From Armatimonadota bacterium (GTDB lineage: Bacteria; Armatimonadota; SYMT01): a stretch of 64,000 nt of DNA. A program made the translations under genes and the position numbers. Positions 1 to 10,119 of the stretch are shown one piece after another. Each line of letters starts with the position of its first letter. The stretch's first letter is position 1. The stretch spans positions 96,001-160,000 of the forward strand of contig JAWLHY010000015.1 of assembly GCA_041690135.1 (NCBI GenBank). Direction: 5' to 3'. Under the pieces are notes generated by a model, which had not been told where the DNA came from, searched no databases, and worked only from the letters and a program-made list of their open reading frames with translations.

Positions 1-7
1 CCCGCTT

Positions 8-1912
8 ATGCAACTAGGATCCGGCTCCGAAGAGGAAGGCCCGGTAGGGTTCCTGGCGGCGTATGTGGACCGTTACGCGGGCGATGCCAGCGCCTACCCA
101 CCCGGCGGCGCCTTCTACCGCCTCAACACCGCCGGCGTTTCCGCGGCCCTGAACGATACCTTCTACCTCACGCTCAGCCGGGATCCCCTGGACCCGCTCC
201 CCGGTCTCGATCGTCCTCCTGCCCCGCACCGCGAGTCGCTGCTCCCGCGGATCGTCCTCGACTTCTACAGTGAGAACCGGTATGAGGACGACGAGCGGCT
301 CCTCCGGCTGATCCACCTGTATGGGCTGCAGGACGTGCTGCTGATCTACCGCAACTGGCAGCAGTTCGGCTATGAGCGCCGGGGGCCGTGCCTCTATCCC
401 GCCCAGCCGGACCGCGGCGGCAACCACGAGTTCCGGCGCATGCTCCAGGCCGCGGACGAGGCCGGCTGGCTGGTGGCCCTGCGGGAGGAATACGCCACCG
501 TTACCCCCGACAGCCCCTACTTCGATGAGAAGGTGGTGGCGGAGTGGTGGGATGGCCAGCCCCGGCAGAGCCAGCGCTCCGGCCAGTTCGGCATCGCCGC
601 GGACCGGATGCTCGATTTCGCCCGCCTGGAAACGACCAAGATCCAGCGGAACTACCGTACCTCCGCAACCTTCGTGGACGGGCACACGGCGTGGAACCCG
701 GAAGGGTGGTTCCGGCAGGTCGATGCGGACCCCAAGAGCACCGTGCAAAGCGAAGCCCGGGCCATCGCCCAGGTGGACGGCCTGCTGGAGTTCCTGCGGG
801 ACATCCACGGCGGCCCCGTGGTCGGCGCCGCGGGAGACGGGGTCCACCGCTTCGACACCTTCGCCGAGGGTCTGGCCGAGGGCGTGGTCCGAGGCCCGGA
901 CGGCGGCCACACCGCGGAACTGGTGCTGGACTACGAGCTGCGGGAGGTCCGCCCGCGCCTGCTTGGGATCGGGGCCGGCTCTTATCGTCAGTTCTGCGGT
1001 CACCCCACGGGTGAGCCGGTCGAAGCCGGCCGGATCGACTGGGACGCCTATCGGGCGGTCGAGATCGCCATGGGGCACCTGGGCTACCTGGGGAATTACC
1101 GCATCAAGCCCGGCCCCCGCGGGATCTCCTTCCCCGGGGGCAGCGCCGCCAACGCCGTTCGCGAGTACTTCCTGCTGCGCCAGTTGCAGGAGCTGATGAC
1201 CACCAGCCCGGTCCGCGAGATCCGCTACGCGGACGAGGAAGACGTCTACGTCACACTGCCGGAAGCGCTCGCCCTGTATCTCAACCTGAGCCGGCCGCGG
1301 CTTTACGTGGAATACGGCAACGGCCTCACCGTGTGGGTCAACCGCAGTGAGAAGGTGTGGACCGTCGAACTCGACGAGGCCACCTACGCGTTGCCGCCCA
1401 ACGGCTTCCTCGCCAGCGCCCCGCGCCAGAAGTTCCTGGCCTACTCGGCCAACCTCCACGGCAGCCGCGCCGACTTCTGCCAGGCCTCCGACTACACCTT
1501 CGCCGACGGCCGCGGGCCCGGCGTCCGGACCATCGAAGGTATCGCCTGCGACGGCGGCGTGGCCCTCCTCAAGAGCGCGGTCCAGGGACGGCAGGACGTG
1601 GTGTTGGTCGGCGCGCGCCAATTGACCGTGGAAGGTGAGGAATACCGCCTCTCCGAGCGCGGCGATCTCCGCCTCACCCACCTCTCCCCGCGCGAGCTGG
1701 AGGTGACCATCCTGGACACCGAGAGCGGCAAGCCCGCGCACGTCACCTGGCCGAACTTTACCCTGGCCTGGAAAAGCCAGAAGATCGAAGTGGCCGAAGT
1801 CGTCCGCGGCGCCCTGGTCTCCAGCCGCTGCCAGGTCCAGCAAACCCGCAACGGCCCGCAGCTCAGCCGCGCCCAACCCGGCGTCACCTACCGCATCACC
1901 GTCCCCGCCTAG
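8..1912 (+). CDS. Hypothetical protein, possibly glycoside-hydrolase-like (DUF5696-like); probably 5'-truncated by the window edge
   Basis: 634-aa ORF with strong GC3 codon bias; segments such as WQQFGYE, GGNHEF and FVDGHTA resemble TIM-barrel GH-like proteins; family call tentative. Confidence 0.55.
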   Translation: MQLGSGSEEEGPVGFLAAYVDRYAGDASAYPPGGAFYRLNTAGVSAALNDTFYLTLSRDPLDPLPGLDRPPAPHRESLLPRIVLDFYSENRYEDDERLLRLIHLYGLQDVLLIYRNWQQFGYERRGPCLYPAQPDRGGNHEFRRMLQAADEAGWLVALREEYATVTPDSPYFDEKVVAEWWDGQPRQSQRSGQFGIAADRMLDFARLETTKIQRNYRTSATFVDGHTAWNPEGWFRQVDADPKSTVQSEARAIAQVDGLLEFLRDIHGGPVVGAAGDGVHRFDTFAEGLAEGVVRGPDGGHTAELVLDYELREVRPRLLGIGAGSYRQFCGHPTGEPVEAGRIDWDAYRAVEIAMGHLGYLGNYRIKPGPRGISFPGGSAANAVREYFLLRQLQELMTTSPVREIRYADEEDVYVTLPEALALYLNLSRPRLYVEYGNGLTVWVNRSEKVWTVELDEATYALPPNGFLASAPRQKFLAYSANLHGSRADFCQASDYTFADGRGPGVRTIEGIACDGGVALLKSAVQGRQDVVLVGARQLTVEGEEYRLSERGDLRLTHLSPRELEVTILDTESGKPAHVTWPNFTLAWKSQKIEVAEVVRGALVSSRCQVQQTRNGPQLSRAQPGVTYRITVPA

Positions 1913-2988
1913 TCGAAGAGGGAACGGGGTGGGGGAGTGGCGGCGGCGGCTTCTTTGAGCTGGCGCTTGACCTCGATCACCTTGCGGCGGGCGCTGGCGA
2001 CGTCCTCGACGAGTGTCTCCAGGGCGGCGCCGTAGGCGGGGCCATCCAGGCGGAGGATGTAGGCGGGGTGGAACACCGCCATCGCCCAGGGCGCGTAGGT
2101 GCTGTTGGTAAACCACTTGCCGCGCTCGGAGGTGATGCGGAACCCCTTGTGGATGATCGTGTTGGCGGAGGGGCTACCCACGCAGACGATCACCAGCGGC
2201 TTGATGATCCGGAACTGCTCTTCCAGCCAGTCCTGGCACGCTCCCGTCTCTTCCGGGGTCGGCGGGCGGTTCTGGTACCGGCCCGAGACCATGTCCGCCG
2301 CGCGGCACTTTACCACGTTGGCAATGTAGACGTGTTCGCGGGTCATCCCGTTCCGGCGCAGCACCTCGTCCAGTAGCTTCCCCGCGCGTCCCACGAAGGG
2401 GCGGCCGGTGGCGTCCTCATTCTCTCCCGGACCCTCGCCCACGAACACCAGCGGCGCGTTGGGGTTGCCTTCGCCGAACACCACATGGGTCCGGGTACGG
2501 GAGAGGCCGCAGCGGGTGCACCCCAGCGCCGTCGCCCGCACCTCCGCCAGCTTCGTCGCCTTTTCCTCCGCGGTCAACACGCCGGCCACGGCCACCACCG
2601 GCGAAGGGGAAACCGGTGCCGCGGGCATCACTCGCACCGGCTCCAGGGCGGCCGCGCGCATCGGGGGAGCTTCCTCGCGGGGATCTCCCTGGGGAACCGG
2701 CGGTTCTTCGGGAGGGGCTTCCAGCGGAATCGGCTCTTCGTCCGGCGGCTCCTCCACGGGTAGGGGTGGCTCCTCCGGGGTGGGATGTTCCGACGCTTCC
2801 ACGTCGCCGATCACCGTACCTTCCGCCCGCACGGCGGTCAACCCGGCCACGGCGACCGGCTCTGCCACCACTCCGGCAAGGGGCTCCGCCGGTCCGTCCG
2901 CCGGGGAGGAGGGGGAAACTGCCGCGGAATCCGGGACCTTCGGCGCCGGCTCCAGTTCGTCGTCAAAGAGCGAGCCCTGAAAAGACAT
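1909..2988 (-). CDS. Uracil-DNA glycosylase family 4 with Pro/Glu-rich N-terminal extension
   Basis: CTRC Fe-S ligands, VFGEG, GEGPGENEDATGRPFVGRAG, NVVKCR, HPAY motifs. Confidence 0.92.
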   Translation of the reverse strand: MSFQGSLFDDELEPAPKVPDSAAVSPSSPADGPAEPLAGVVAEPVAVAGLTAVRAEGTVIGDVEASEHPTPEEPPLPVEEPPDEEPIPLEAPPEEPPVPQGDPREEAPPMRAAALEPVRVMPAAPVSPSPVVAVAGVLTAEEKATKLAEVRATALGCTRCGLSRTRTHVVFGEGNPNAPLVFVGEGPGENEDATGRPFVGRAGKLLDEVLRRNGMTREHVYIANVVKCRAADMVSGRYQNRPPTPEETGACQDWLEEQFRIIKPLVIVCVGSPSANTIIHKGFRITSERGKWFTNSTYAPWAMAVFHPAYILRLDGPAYGAALETLVEDVASARRKVIEVKRQLKEAAAATPPPRSLFD

Positions 2989-3188
2989 GACGGTTAATTG
3001 TATCCGCGCCCGGTCTTCGCCCGCTCATGCCGCGCCGGATTGCCTTCGCGGTTCACACCGGGCGACCTACGCTCTCCTGATCGCATCTGATTCGCAGGGG
3101 TGCGCTGTGATAGATTCTGCCGTCACCACACGGACTGCAGGAGCGGCGGTGACAGTCTCCGTGTCGGACTTGATTCTCGGGAAGGCGA

Positions 3189-3602
3189 ATGCGCGTTCTG
3201 GTGTGTGGCAGCAAAAGGTGGACGGATGGGGAGGCGATCCGCCGCGAGTTGGAGCAGCTTCCCACCGACACGGTCCTGATCCACGGCGACAACGGCTACG
3301 ATGCACGCGGTCGCGGCCTCTGGGGCGAGCCGGATGAGCTCGCCGTGCGGGGCGCCGACAAGCTGGCCGGCGCGATTGGGACCAGCCTCGGGTTCATCGT
3401 CGAGCGCTATACGCCGGATTGGCAGCGGCACGGCCCCAAGGCGGGGCCCATCCGCAACTCCCGGATGCTGCGGGAGGGCAAGCCGGAGCTGGTGATCGCC
3501 TTTGCCAGCGACCTGGAGCGGAGCACCGGCACCCGCGATATGGTCCACAAGGCGCAAAAGGCGGGCATTCCCACCCGCCTCATCGGTGGGGGAGAACGGT
3601 AG
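3189..3602 (+). CDS. DUF2493 / YspA-like SLOG family protein
   Basis: MRVLVCGS, LIHG, GADKLA, WQRHGPKAGPIRNSRML, GTRDM motifs. Confidence 0.8.
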   Translation: MRVLVCGSKRWTDGEAIRRELEQLPTDTVLIHGDNGYDARGRGLWGEPDELAVRGADKLAGAIGTSLGFIVERYTPDWQRHGPKAGPIRNSRMLREGKPELVIAFASDLERSTGTRDMVHKAQKAGIPTRLIGGGER

Positions 3603-3773
3603 TCATTTACCCTCCGGCGGTAGCGCCAACTTCGTTCCAGCCCACCGGATGTACGGAACCTTCGGCGCACCCACAGGCCGAAGGGGAACCTCTGGAACCA
3701 GGGCCTGCTCCACTCGCCAGGGGGCTTACCACAGTTTACCCGGCGGAGCATAGGGCACCGCAGAGTCAGGAGA

Positions 3774-4265
3774 CTAATCCGGCTGAAGGCCCCGGATCAC
3801 TTCCAGGAGCTTATCGTAAGTCACCCCCAGCATCTCGGGCAGCACCTTCGTTTCGCCGACCACCGGCATAAAGTTGGAGTCGCCGTTCCAGCGCGGCACG
3901 ATGTGCATATGGAGGTGGTCCGCAATCCCCGCGCCGGCCACCTTGCCCAGGTTCATGCCCAGGTTGAAGCCGTCCGGCTGGAACGCCTCGGTGAGCACCC
4001 GGACGCAGAACCGGGTCAGGCGCATCATCTCGGCCTGTTCCTCATCCGTCAGGCCCACCACGTCGGCCGTGTGGCGATAGGGTGCCACCATCAGGTGCCC
4101 GTTGTTATACGGGAACAGGTTCATGATCACGAAGCAGTGCTCGCCCCGGTAAAGGATCAACTCCTCACGGTCGTTGCCGCTCTCCGGCTTGGTGCAGAAG
4201 ATACAACCGGTCGGCTTCTTCACTTCGATATAGGCCATCCGCCACGGCGCCCAGAGCCTCTCCAT
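3774..4265 (-). CDS. HIT family hydrolase (Ap4A phosphorylase-like)
   Basis: LWAPWRMAYI, CIFC, NLFPYNNGHLMVAPYRH, HLHMHIVPRW triad. Confidence 0.92.
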   Translation of the reverse strand: MERLWAPWRMAYIEVKKPTGCIFCTKPESGNDREELILYRGEHCFVIMNLFPYNNGHLMVAPYRHTADVVGLTDEEQAEMMRLTRFCVRVLTEAFQPDGFNLGMNLGKVAGAGIADHLHMHIVPRWNGDSNFMPVVGETKVLPEMLGVTYDKLLEVIRGLQPD

Positions 4266-4565
4266 GCGCGTTCGTCTCCTTTCAACTCCCTCAGTTTAAC
4301 ACCTGCGTTCCGCACCACCCAGAGACTGCATCTGGCCCGCCTTCAAGGCCGAGCACCAGTTCTCCTGTTCCTATCCGATTGAAACTCATCCACCTTCTCA
4401 CGGCCTCACTCCTGCGCCCGAGTGGATCCGTGACCCCCGCTCCGACCCCTACGTCCGCCCACCATTCACCACTCCACCACTCACCACGCCACCTGCCTTC
4501 ACCCTCTCTTCCCCTCTCCGTGACCTACTCCATGTCTCCGTGTCTCCGTGGTGATGCGTTCAACC

Positions 4566-6362
4566 TCAAGCGGCTTCGGCTTCCCGCTCCCGCAGGCTCT
4601 CGATGTCGTGGACACTCCGCCGGAAGACCAGCCAGGCGATCACCAGGTTCACAGGCACCATCTGCAGGGAGAAGAGGGCCAGGGGCGAGCGGTCGAGATA
4701 AGTGCCGATGTACTCCACCTGCGTCCACTTCCACATGAAGATCAGCCCCTCCAGCATCACGGTGTAGACCGCCAGGCACCCGGCGCAGAACAGGTCCTTG
4801 ATCTCCACGCTGTTCTGGGCGGACCCGGCCAGGCCGGCACTCAGCACCAGGCCCATACTGGCCAACCAGAGGCCCTGGGCCAGGAACACTTCCAGGTCCC
4901 GGCCGTTCGCCACCAGCATCAGGCCACCGAGAAAGCTGAGCGGGATCGGGAGGGCCCGTACCACACCCACGATCAGGGCGGCGCCCCAGCGGCCGCGGAC
5001 TAGCGCCTCGGTGGTGAGGGGGGTCGTGAAGATCTGGACCAGGGTGGTACACCGGCGCTCCGTACCCCACATCGCCAGGGAGCGGCCGCCGTAGGCCAGC
5101 AGGGCGGGCAGGATGAACCACGAGCCCAGCAGCAGGGCTCCCGCGCCGGTATTGCGCAGCCAGGGCGAGAGGGCGGGGCTCGCGGTCCGGGTCACGCCGA
5201 CCAGCGGCGCCGCCATCGCCCCCAGGAGCGCGCTGCCCGCCAGGATGCCGGCACAGTAGAGCAGGAACTGCCGGGTCAGACCCGCACCGCGGAGGGTGGC
5301 TCGCAGGTCGCGGACCAACACCGGGTTGTCGAAAACCCGCGAGAGACGGTCGATCTCGCGCCGGGCCAGGGGATCTTCCGATTCCGGACGCCGCGGACGG
5401 GGCGCCGCTGGTTTCTTGAAGAGGGCCGGCGGCGCTGCCACCAGCACGGCCGCCGCCATCGCCGCCAGCGAGATGAACAGGTAGGCCGGTCCGGTTCCCA
5501 CCCCGAACGAACGCATGTACCCGATGAACAGGAAGCAGGCCATCCCCGTGGCGAAACAGCGCCCGCCGAACCGCGCCGTTTCGGCCCAGCGCCCTGCCGG
5601 GTGGGCGGTGGCGTACGCCGCTCCGAAGGCCGCCACCAGGTACGCGCCCATCAGCCAGAGAAGGCCAGCCAGGGTGGAGAGACGCGCGTCGAAGAATAGC
5701 TCCTGCGCGTAGGGAGCGCTCTTGTCGCCCAGGGCGAACCGCATCCAGTGCTCGCTCATCCGCAGCAGGACCAGCGAGATCCATGCCGGCAGCGCCAGCA
5801 AGAGCAGGTCCCGCCGGGATGCCGACTGGTTCATTCGCTGTCCCTGCCGGAGTGGGCTGCGCAGTCCCTCGGGCGGGGTGAGCAGCGCCATTCCGAAGGC
5901 GAGGAGGCCGACACACGCCGCCAGGAGCATTCCCGGCTCGAGCTGCCGGGGCAGGAAGTGGCCGCGCACGACCATGGCCGCGTAGACCGGCGTGGAGGAA
6001 AACCAGACCAGCCCCAGGGCATAAAGGGGGAACACCAGCTTCTGGGTGAGCCAGCGGGCCGGGTGGTCCGAGATCAGCCGGAGACCCTCCAGCGCTCGCA
6101 GGCGATGCTCCACCCCGAACACCCGAGAGCCCATGATCCAGCCCACCGCCCCGCAGACAGACGCGTGGAACAGGCCCAGGAATACCAGCGCCAGCCCCTG
6201 CCACGCCTCCGCGGGGCGCAGGTGTCCCTGGGCGATCCGCTCCAGCAGCAGCAGGGGAATGAATAACAGCAGGTTCAGGATGACCAGCGGCCAGGCGATC
6301 GGCCCGAACTGGCGCCTGCCGAGAGCACGCAGCTCCCGGGTAAAAAACGGGTTCTCCGGCAT
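4566..6362 (-). CDS. Polytopic membrane protein with two ABC-2-permease-like modules
   Basis: Many TM helices; repeated starts NPFFTRELR and NPVLVRDLR; ERRCTTLVQIFTTPLT..LVRGRW segment. Confidence 0.65.
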   Translation of the reverse strand: MPENPFFTRELRALGRRQFGPIAWPLVILNLLLFIPLLLLERIAQGHLRPAEAWQGLALVFLGLFHASVCGAVGWIMGSRVFGVEHRLRALEGLRLISDHPARWLTQKLVFPLYALGLVWFSSTPVYAAMVVRGHFLPRQLEPGMLLAACVGLLAFGMALLTPPEGLRSPLRQGQRMNQSASRRDLLLLALPAWISLVLLRMSEHWMRFALGDKSAPYAQELFFDARLSTLAGLLWLMGAYLVAAFGAAYATAHPAGRWAETARFGGRCFATGMACFLFIGYMRSFGVGTGPAYLFISLAAMAAAVLVAAPPALFKKPAAPRPRRPESEDPLARREIDRLSRVFDNPVLVRDLRATLRGAGLTRQFLLYCAGILAGSALLGAMAAPLVGVTRTASPALSPWLRNTGAGALLLGSWFILPALLAYGGRSLAMWGTERRCTTLVQIFTTPLTTEALVRGRWGAALIVGVVRALPIPLSFLGGLMLVANGRDLEVFLAQGLWLASMGLVLSAGLAGSAQNSVEIKDLFCAGCLAVYTVMLEGLIFMWKWTQVEYIGTYLDRSPLALFSLQMVPVNLVIAWLVFRRSVHDIESLREREAEAA

Positions 6363-6404
6363 AGAAGAATGATCGGAGGGGAAGCGGGCGAGCTTCAGAG
6401 GTTC

Positions 6405-7919
6405 CTAAAGCGGCGGTCGTGCTGCCTTCCATCCCCCGGCCAGCAGGCTCTTCAGGTCCGCGCGGAGCTTCCGGTGTTCCGGCGCCTCCGCCAGGTTCCG
6501 CCACTCGTGGGGGTCGCGGCGGTAGTCATACAATTGGGCGCTGCCGTCCGGCCATTCGGTGTAGCGGTAACGCTCCGTGCGGACCGAGCGGCCAAACTGG
6601 CCGGACTTGCGGAGCACGGAGAAGGCGCCCCGCTTCCAACGCCGCCGGGGGTCCTCCAGCAGCGGAACCAGACTCTCTCCCTCCAGGCCTGCGGCCGGCC
6701 GCAATCCACAGAGATCGGAGAGGGTGGGGTACAGGTCGACCAGTTCCGCCAGGCGGGGGCTGGACTTGCCCCGGACCTTTCCGGGCGCCGCGACGATCAT
6801 CGGGACCCGCGCCGAGGCCTCGAACAGGCTGACCTTACCCCACATACCGCCGTGTTCGCCCAGGTGCCAGCCATGATCGCTGGTGAAGACGACCACGGTG
6901 TCTTCCCAGGCCTTCAGCCGGTCGAGATGATCCAGCAGAACTCCCACCTGCGCATCCATAAAAGAGACACAGGCATAGTAGGCGGCGACCGCTTCCCGCC
7001 GCTCGGTGTCGGACAGCGGTCGGTCGGTCGGTTTGTAGGTGAGGGCGACCTGTGGGATTCCCTGGAGGTGCGCCGGAGGCTCGGACAGCGGAGGCACGCG
7101 GCCGGCGGAGTGCATGTCGAAATACCGCCGCGGCGCCGTCCACAGCAGATGAGGCTTCCGGAAACCTGCGGCGATAAAGAAGGGCTTACCGGCAGCCTTC
7201 GCCTTCCGCATCAATTCCGCCGCGCGCCGCGCGACGATCGCTTCGCTGGTTTCCGCTTCCGGGGTGTTCAGGATCGACCACTCCAGCCAGTAGTCCGCCA
7301 CCGGACGGCTGCGGGGCTGGATACAGCGCTGTCGCAGGATCTCTCGCTCTCGCTCCGGATCGTCTTCCTCGCGGGTTGAGGCGTACGCCCCTCCGTAACC
7401 GTCCGGATCACCGGGGGTGGTGCCCCGCTCGGACACGTCCCAGCAGGCCGGATCGTCCAGGTCTTCGCCCGGCTTCCCCCCGAAGATGCTGGGATGATGG
7501 AAGAGCTTCCCTACCCGCGCCGTAAAGTAGCCCTGGTTCCGAAAGTGCTGCGGCAGGAACACCGCCGTCTTCATCATCGCGCGCGGACGATGTCCGTTTC
7601 CGGTGACCCCCGTGCTCTCCGCTCGAAGCCCGCTGAGAAGGGAAGCGCGACTGGGATTGCAGAGCGGATACTGGCAATAAGCGCGCTCAAAGCGAAGGCC
7701 GCGGCGAGCCAGCCGGTCGATGTTCGGGGTGCGCGCCAGCGGGTCTCCGTAGCAGCCCAGCGCCGTGTTCAGATCATCCGAGATGATGAACAGCACGTTC
7801 GGCCGACCGCTGCGCGCCGGCGCCGGCTCACCCGCGCTCGACCCGGCCGCGGCCCACGCAAGCACCGCCAGCAGCACCGCCGCCGCCCGCCAACCGAACC
7901 CAACTCCTCGCCACCCCAT
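6405..7919 (-). CDS. Sulfatase (iduronate-2-sulfatase/choline-sulfatase-like), secreted
   Basis: PNVLFIISDDL, CNPSRASLLSG, GKLFH, SDHGWHLGEHG; signal peptide; start may be 7946. Confidence 0.9.
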   Translation of the reverse strand: MGWRGVGFGWRAAAVLLAVLAWAAAGSSAGEPAPARSGRPNVLFIISDDLNTALGCYGDPLARTPNIDRLARRGLRFERAYCQYPLCNPSRASLLSGLRAESTGVTGNGHRPRAMMKTAVFLPQHFRNQGYFTARVGKLFHHPSIFGGKPGEDLDDPACWDVSERGTTPGDPDGYGGAYASTREEDDPEREREILRQRCIQPRSRPVADYWLEWSILNTPEAETSEAIVARRAAELMRKAKAAGKPFFIAAGFRKPHLLWTAPRRYFDMHSAGRVPPLSEPPAHLQGIPQVALTYKPTDRPLSDTERREAVAAYYACVSFMDAQVGVLLDHLDRLKAWEDTVVVFTSDHGWHLGEHGGMWGKVSLFEASARVPMIVAAPGKVRGKSSPRLAELVDLYPTLSDLCGLRPAAGLEGESLVPLLEDPRRRWKRGAFSVLRKSGQFGRSVRTERYRYTEWPDGSAQLYDYRRDPHEWRNLAEAPEHRKLRADLKSLLAGGWKAARPPL

Positions 7920-8064
7920 GCCGCCCTCCCCATCCGCACCTGACACATCAGCCCAAGCCAGCCCGCATCAATAGACCCGGCCCATCCGCCGCTACCCGCC
8001 GGCTCCCAGTCCAGGTTACAGGCCGTTCACCAGTCTCACTCTTCATCGACCTGCACAATCTGCG

Positions 8065-9591
8065 TCATCTGCGGACTAGAACCCTTTCCACTTTGCGACT
8101 TTGCGCACTTCTTCGGGGCGTAAACCTTTGCGAGAGATTCCTTCGTCCCCTTGGCGCTTTGGCGCGAGACTCCCTCACATCTGCCCGGAATCGGTCGCAC
8201 AGCGCCGTCAGGCGCCGGACCACTTCCGGGTGCTGCGCGGCGACGTTCCGCTGCTCGGCGGGGTCCGTCTCCAGGTCGAAGAGCGAGGGGGGCGTTCCGG
8301 GATCTCCGGTCATCACGCCCGGAAACTGGCTGGGATGGGGCTGCTCGAACGGGGCGAGGATACGCACGCCATCCGGCCCCCGCGGGTCGATCCACGTTTC
8401 TTCCGGCTTCCACACCCTTTCCTTCGCGGGACCGGGCGGCGTGACATACAGCTTCCACTTGCCGCTCCGCACGCCACACACCTGCGGACCCCGCAGGCAG
8501 AACAGCGCCTCGTGAGGCGACTTCTCACCCTTCTCCAGGACCGGCAGCAGGTTCTTGCCATCGAGCATTACGCCAGCGGGTGGTTCTATGCCGGCGGCGG
8601 CCAGGGCGGTGGGGAAGAGATCCATGATGATTCCGGGGGCGTCGCTCACCCGGCCCGCCGGAATCCGGCCGGGGAAGCGGGCGATCATCGGCACGCGTAT
8701 GCCGCCCTCCCAGGCCTGGCCCTTCATCCCACGCAGCCCGCCGGTACTGCCGCCGTACCAGGGCCCATTATCGCTGGCGAAAACCACCAGCGTATTACGC
8801 TCCAGCCCGGTCGCCTTCAGCCGGTCCAGCACCTGGCCCACGCTCCAGTCCAACTCGGCGAGGGTGTCGCCGTAGAGGCCCGTGCCCGTCTTGCCGTAAA
8901 ACTGCTGGGAAGGGGCCAGCGGCTTGTGCGGCATCGGCTGGGGGAAGTAGAGGAAAAAAGGCCGCTTGCGGTTCCGGTCGATGAACTTCAGAGCGCGCTC
9001 CGTCAACCGCCGGGTCATCGTGGTCTGGACCACGGGATATTCGGCCATGCGGTCGTTGTCCCACAGCTCCACCGGGTGCATGTCGTTCGAGTAGAGCACG
9101 CCCATGTACTCGTCGAAGCCCCGCTTCCGCGGTCGAAACTGCGGCTGGTGGCCCAGGTGCCATTTCCCGAAGGCTCCCGTGCGGTACCCGGCCTTGCGGA
9201 AGAGATCGGCCAGCGTCACTTCGGTAGTCGGCAGCCCCAGGTGATCGGCGTTCTTCACCTGGGGGTCGCCGCTGGGGAATGGGTTGCCGACCAGCCCGCA
9301 GCGGTTGGGGTAGCGACCCGTGAGGAGGGAAGCACGGGAGGGGGCGCAGTACGGCACGGGCACGTAGAACTGGGTCAGCCGCATACCCTCCGCGGCCAGG
9401 CGGTCGATGTTGGGAGTCTTGAACTTCGGGTGGCCGTAGCAGCCCAGGTCGCCCCGGCCCAGGTCGTCCGCGAACAGGATCACCACGTTGGGCCGCCGCC
9501 CGGACCCGGCCCCGGCATCCCGCGCCGACCCGGCGACAAGCCCCAGTGCGGCCAACAGGGCGATGAACGGCAAGAACAAGCGCTTGAACAT
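8065..9591 (-). CDS. Arylsulfatase A-like sulfatase, secreted
   Basis: PNVVILFADDLG, CAPSRASLLTGRY, GKWHLG, SDNGP, KGQAWEGGIRVP; start taken at MFKRLF (signal peptide). Confidence 0.9.
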   Translation of the reverse strand: MFKRLFLPFIALLAALGLVAGSARDAGAGSGRRPNVVILFADDLGRGDLGCYGHPKFKTPNIDRLAAEGMRLTQFYVPVPYCAPSRASLLTGRYPNRCGLVGNPFPSGDPQVKNADHLGLPTTEVTLADLFRKAGYRTGAFGKWHLGHQPQFRPRKRGFDEYMGVLYSNDMHPVELWDNDRMAEYPVVQTTMTRRLTERALKFIDRNRKRPFFLYFPQPMPHKPLAPSQQFYGKTGTGLYGDTLAELDWSVGQVLDRLKATGLERNTLVVFASDNGPWYGGSTGGLRGMKGQAWEGGIRVPMIARFPGRIPAGRVSDAPGIIMDLFPTALAAAGIEPPAGVMLDGKNLLPVLEKGEKSPHEALFCLRGPQVCGVRSGKWKLYVTPPGPAKERVWKPEETWIDPRGPDGVRILAPFEQPHPSQFPGVMTGDPGTPPSLFDLETDPAEQRNVAAQHPEVVRRLTALCDRFRADVRESRAKAPRGRRNLSQRFTPRRSAQSRKVERVLVRR

Positions 9592-9825
9592 ACCGCCCGG
9601 TTCCCCCGTCTCGCCTCGGATCCCTGCCTGTGCCTGCGGCCGACGAGGATGAAGACAACGAAAAGGAAGGGCAGGCGAGGAACAGAACCGTTCGATCGGG
9701 AACAATCGGGGAAGCTCCGCAACTCGCCTTCGCTTTCTTCCTCTTGGTGTTCCTGGTGTCTTGGCGGTTAGTTTAGGTCGTGGCTAGGGCGCGCGGCGTC
9801 CCACTGTGGGGCTACACCCTGATGA

Positions 9826-10119
9826 TCAGGCGGCGATCTCGAGCAGCCCTTCCTGGCGCATCTGGGTGAGGAGCGCCTGGAGATCCGCAAGGCACTGATC
9901 CGCCGTCACTTCGTACTCCGCAACCAGGGCGTCCTGGATCTGCGCCACGCTGATGGGGGATTGAACGAGCTGCCAGATGCGCGTGCCCACCGGATCGAGG
10001 CCGTAATACTCGCCGCGCTCCATTCCCAGGATCACCGCCTCGCCGTCCACTTCCGCCGACACCTGCTGCTGGCTGGCGACCACCACCGTCTCCGGCCTGA
10101 AATCGTCACTCATCGGCAT
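9826..10119 (-). CDS. PqqD-family / RiPP recognition element (lasso B1-like) protein
   Basis: EVDGEAVIL...GEYYGLDPVGTRIWQL...LVAEYEV...DLQALL...GLL. Confidence 0.85.
   Translation of the reverse strand: MPMSDDFRPETVVVASQQQVSAEVDGEAVILGMERGEYYGLDPVGTRIWQLVQSPISVAQIQDALVAEYEVTADQCLADLQALLTQMRQEGLLEIAA

Noticed and set aside
14-2116. 700-aa minus-strand ORF, and similar long shadow ORFs at 8101-9771, 26478-28877 and 35771-37990
   Set aside because: Antisense to genes with clear motifs or codon bias; expected in high-GC DNA.
9826-10119. Lasso peptide biosynthetic cluster
   Set aside because: No cyclase, B2 protease or precursor nearby.
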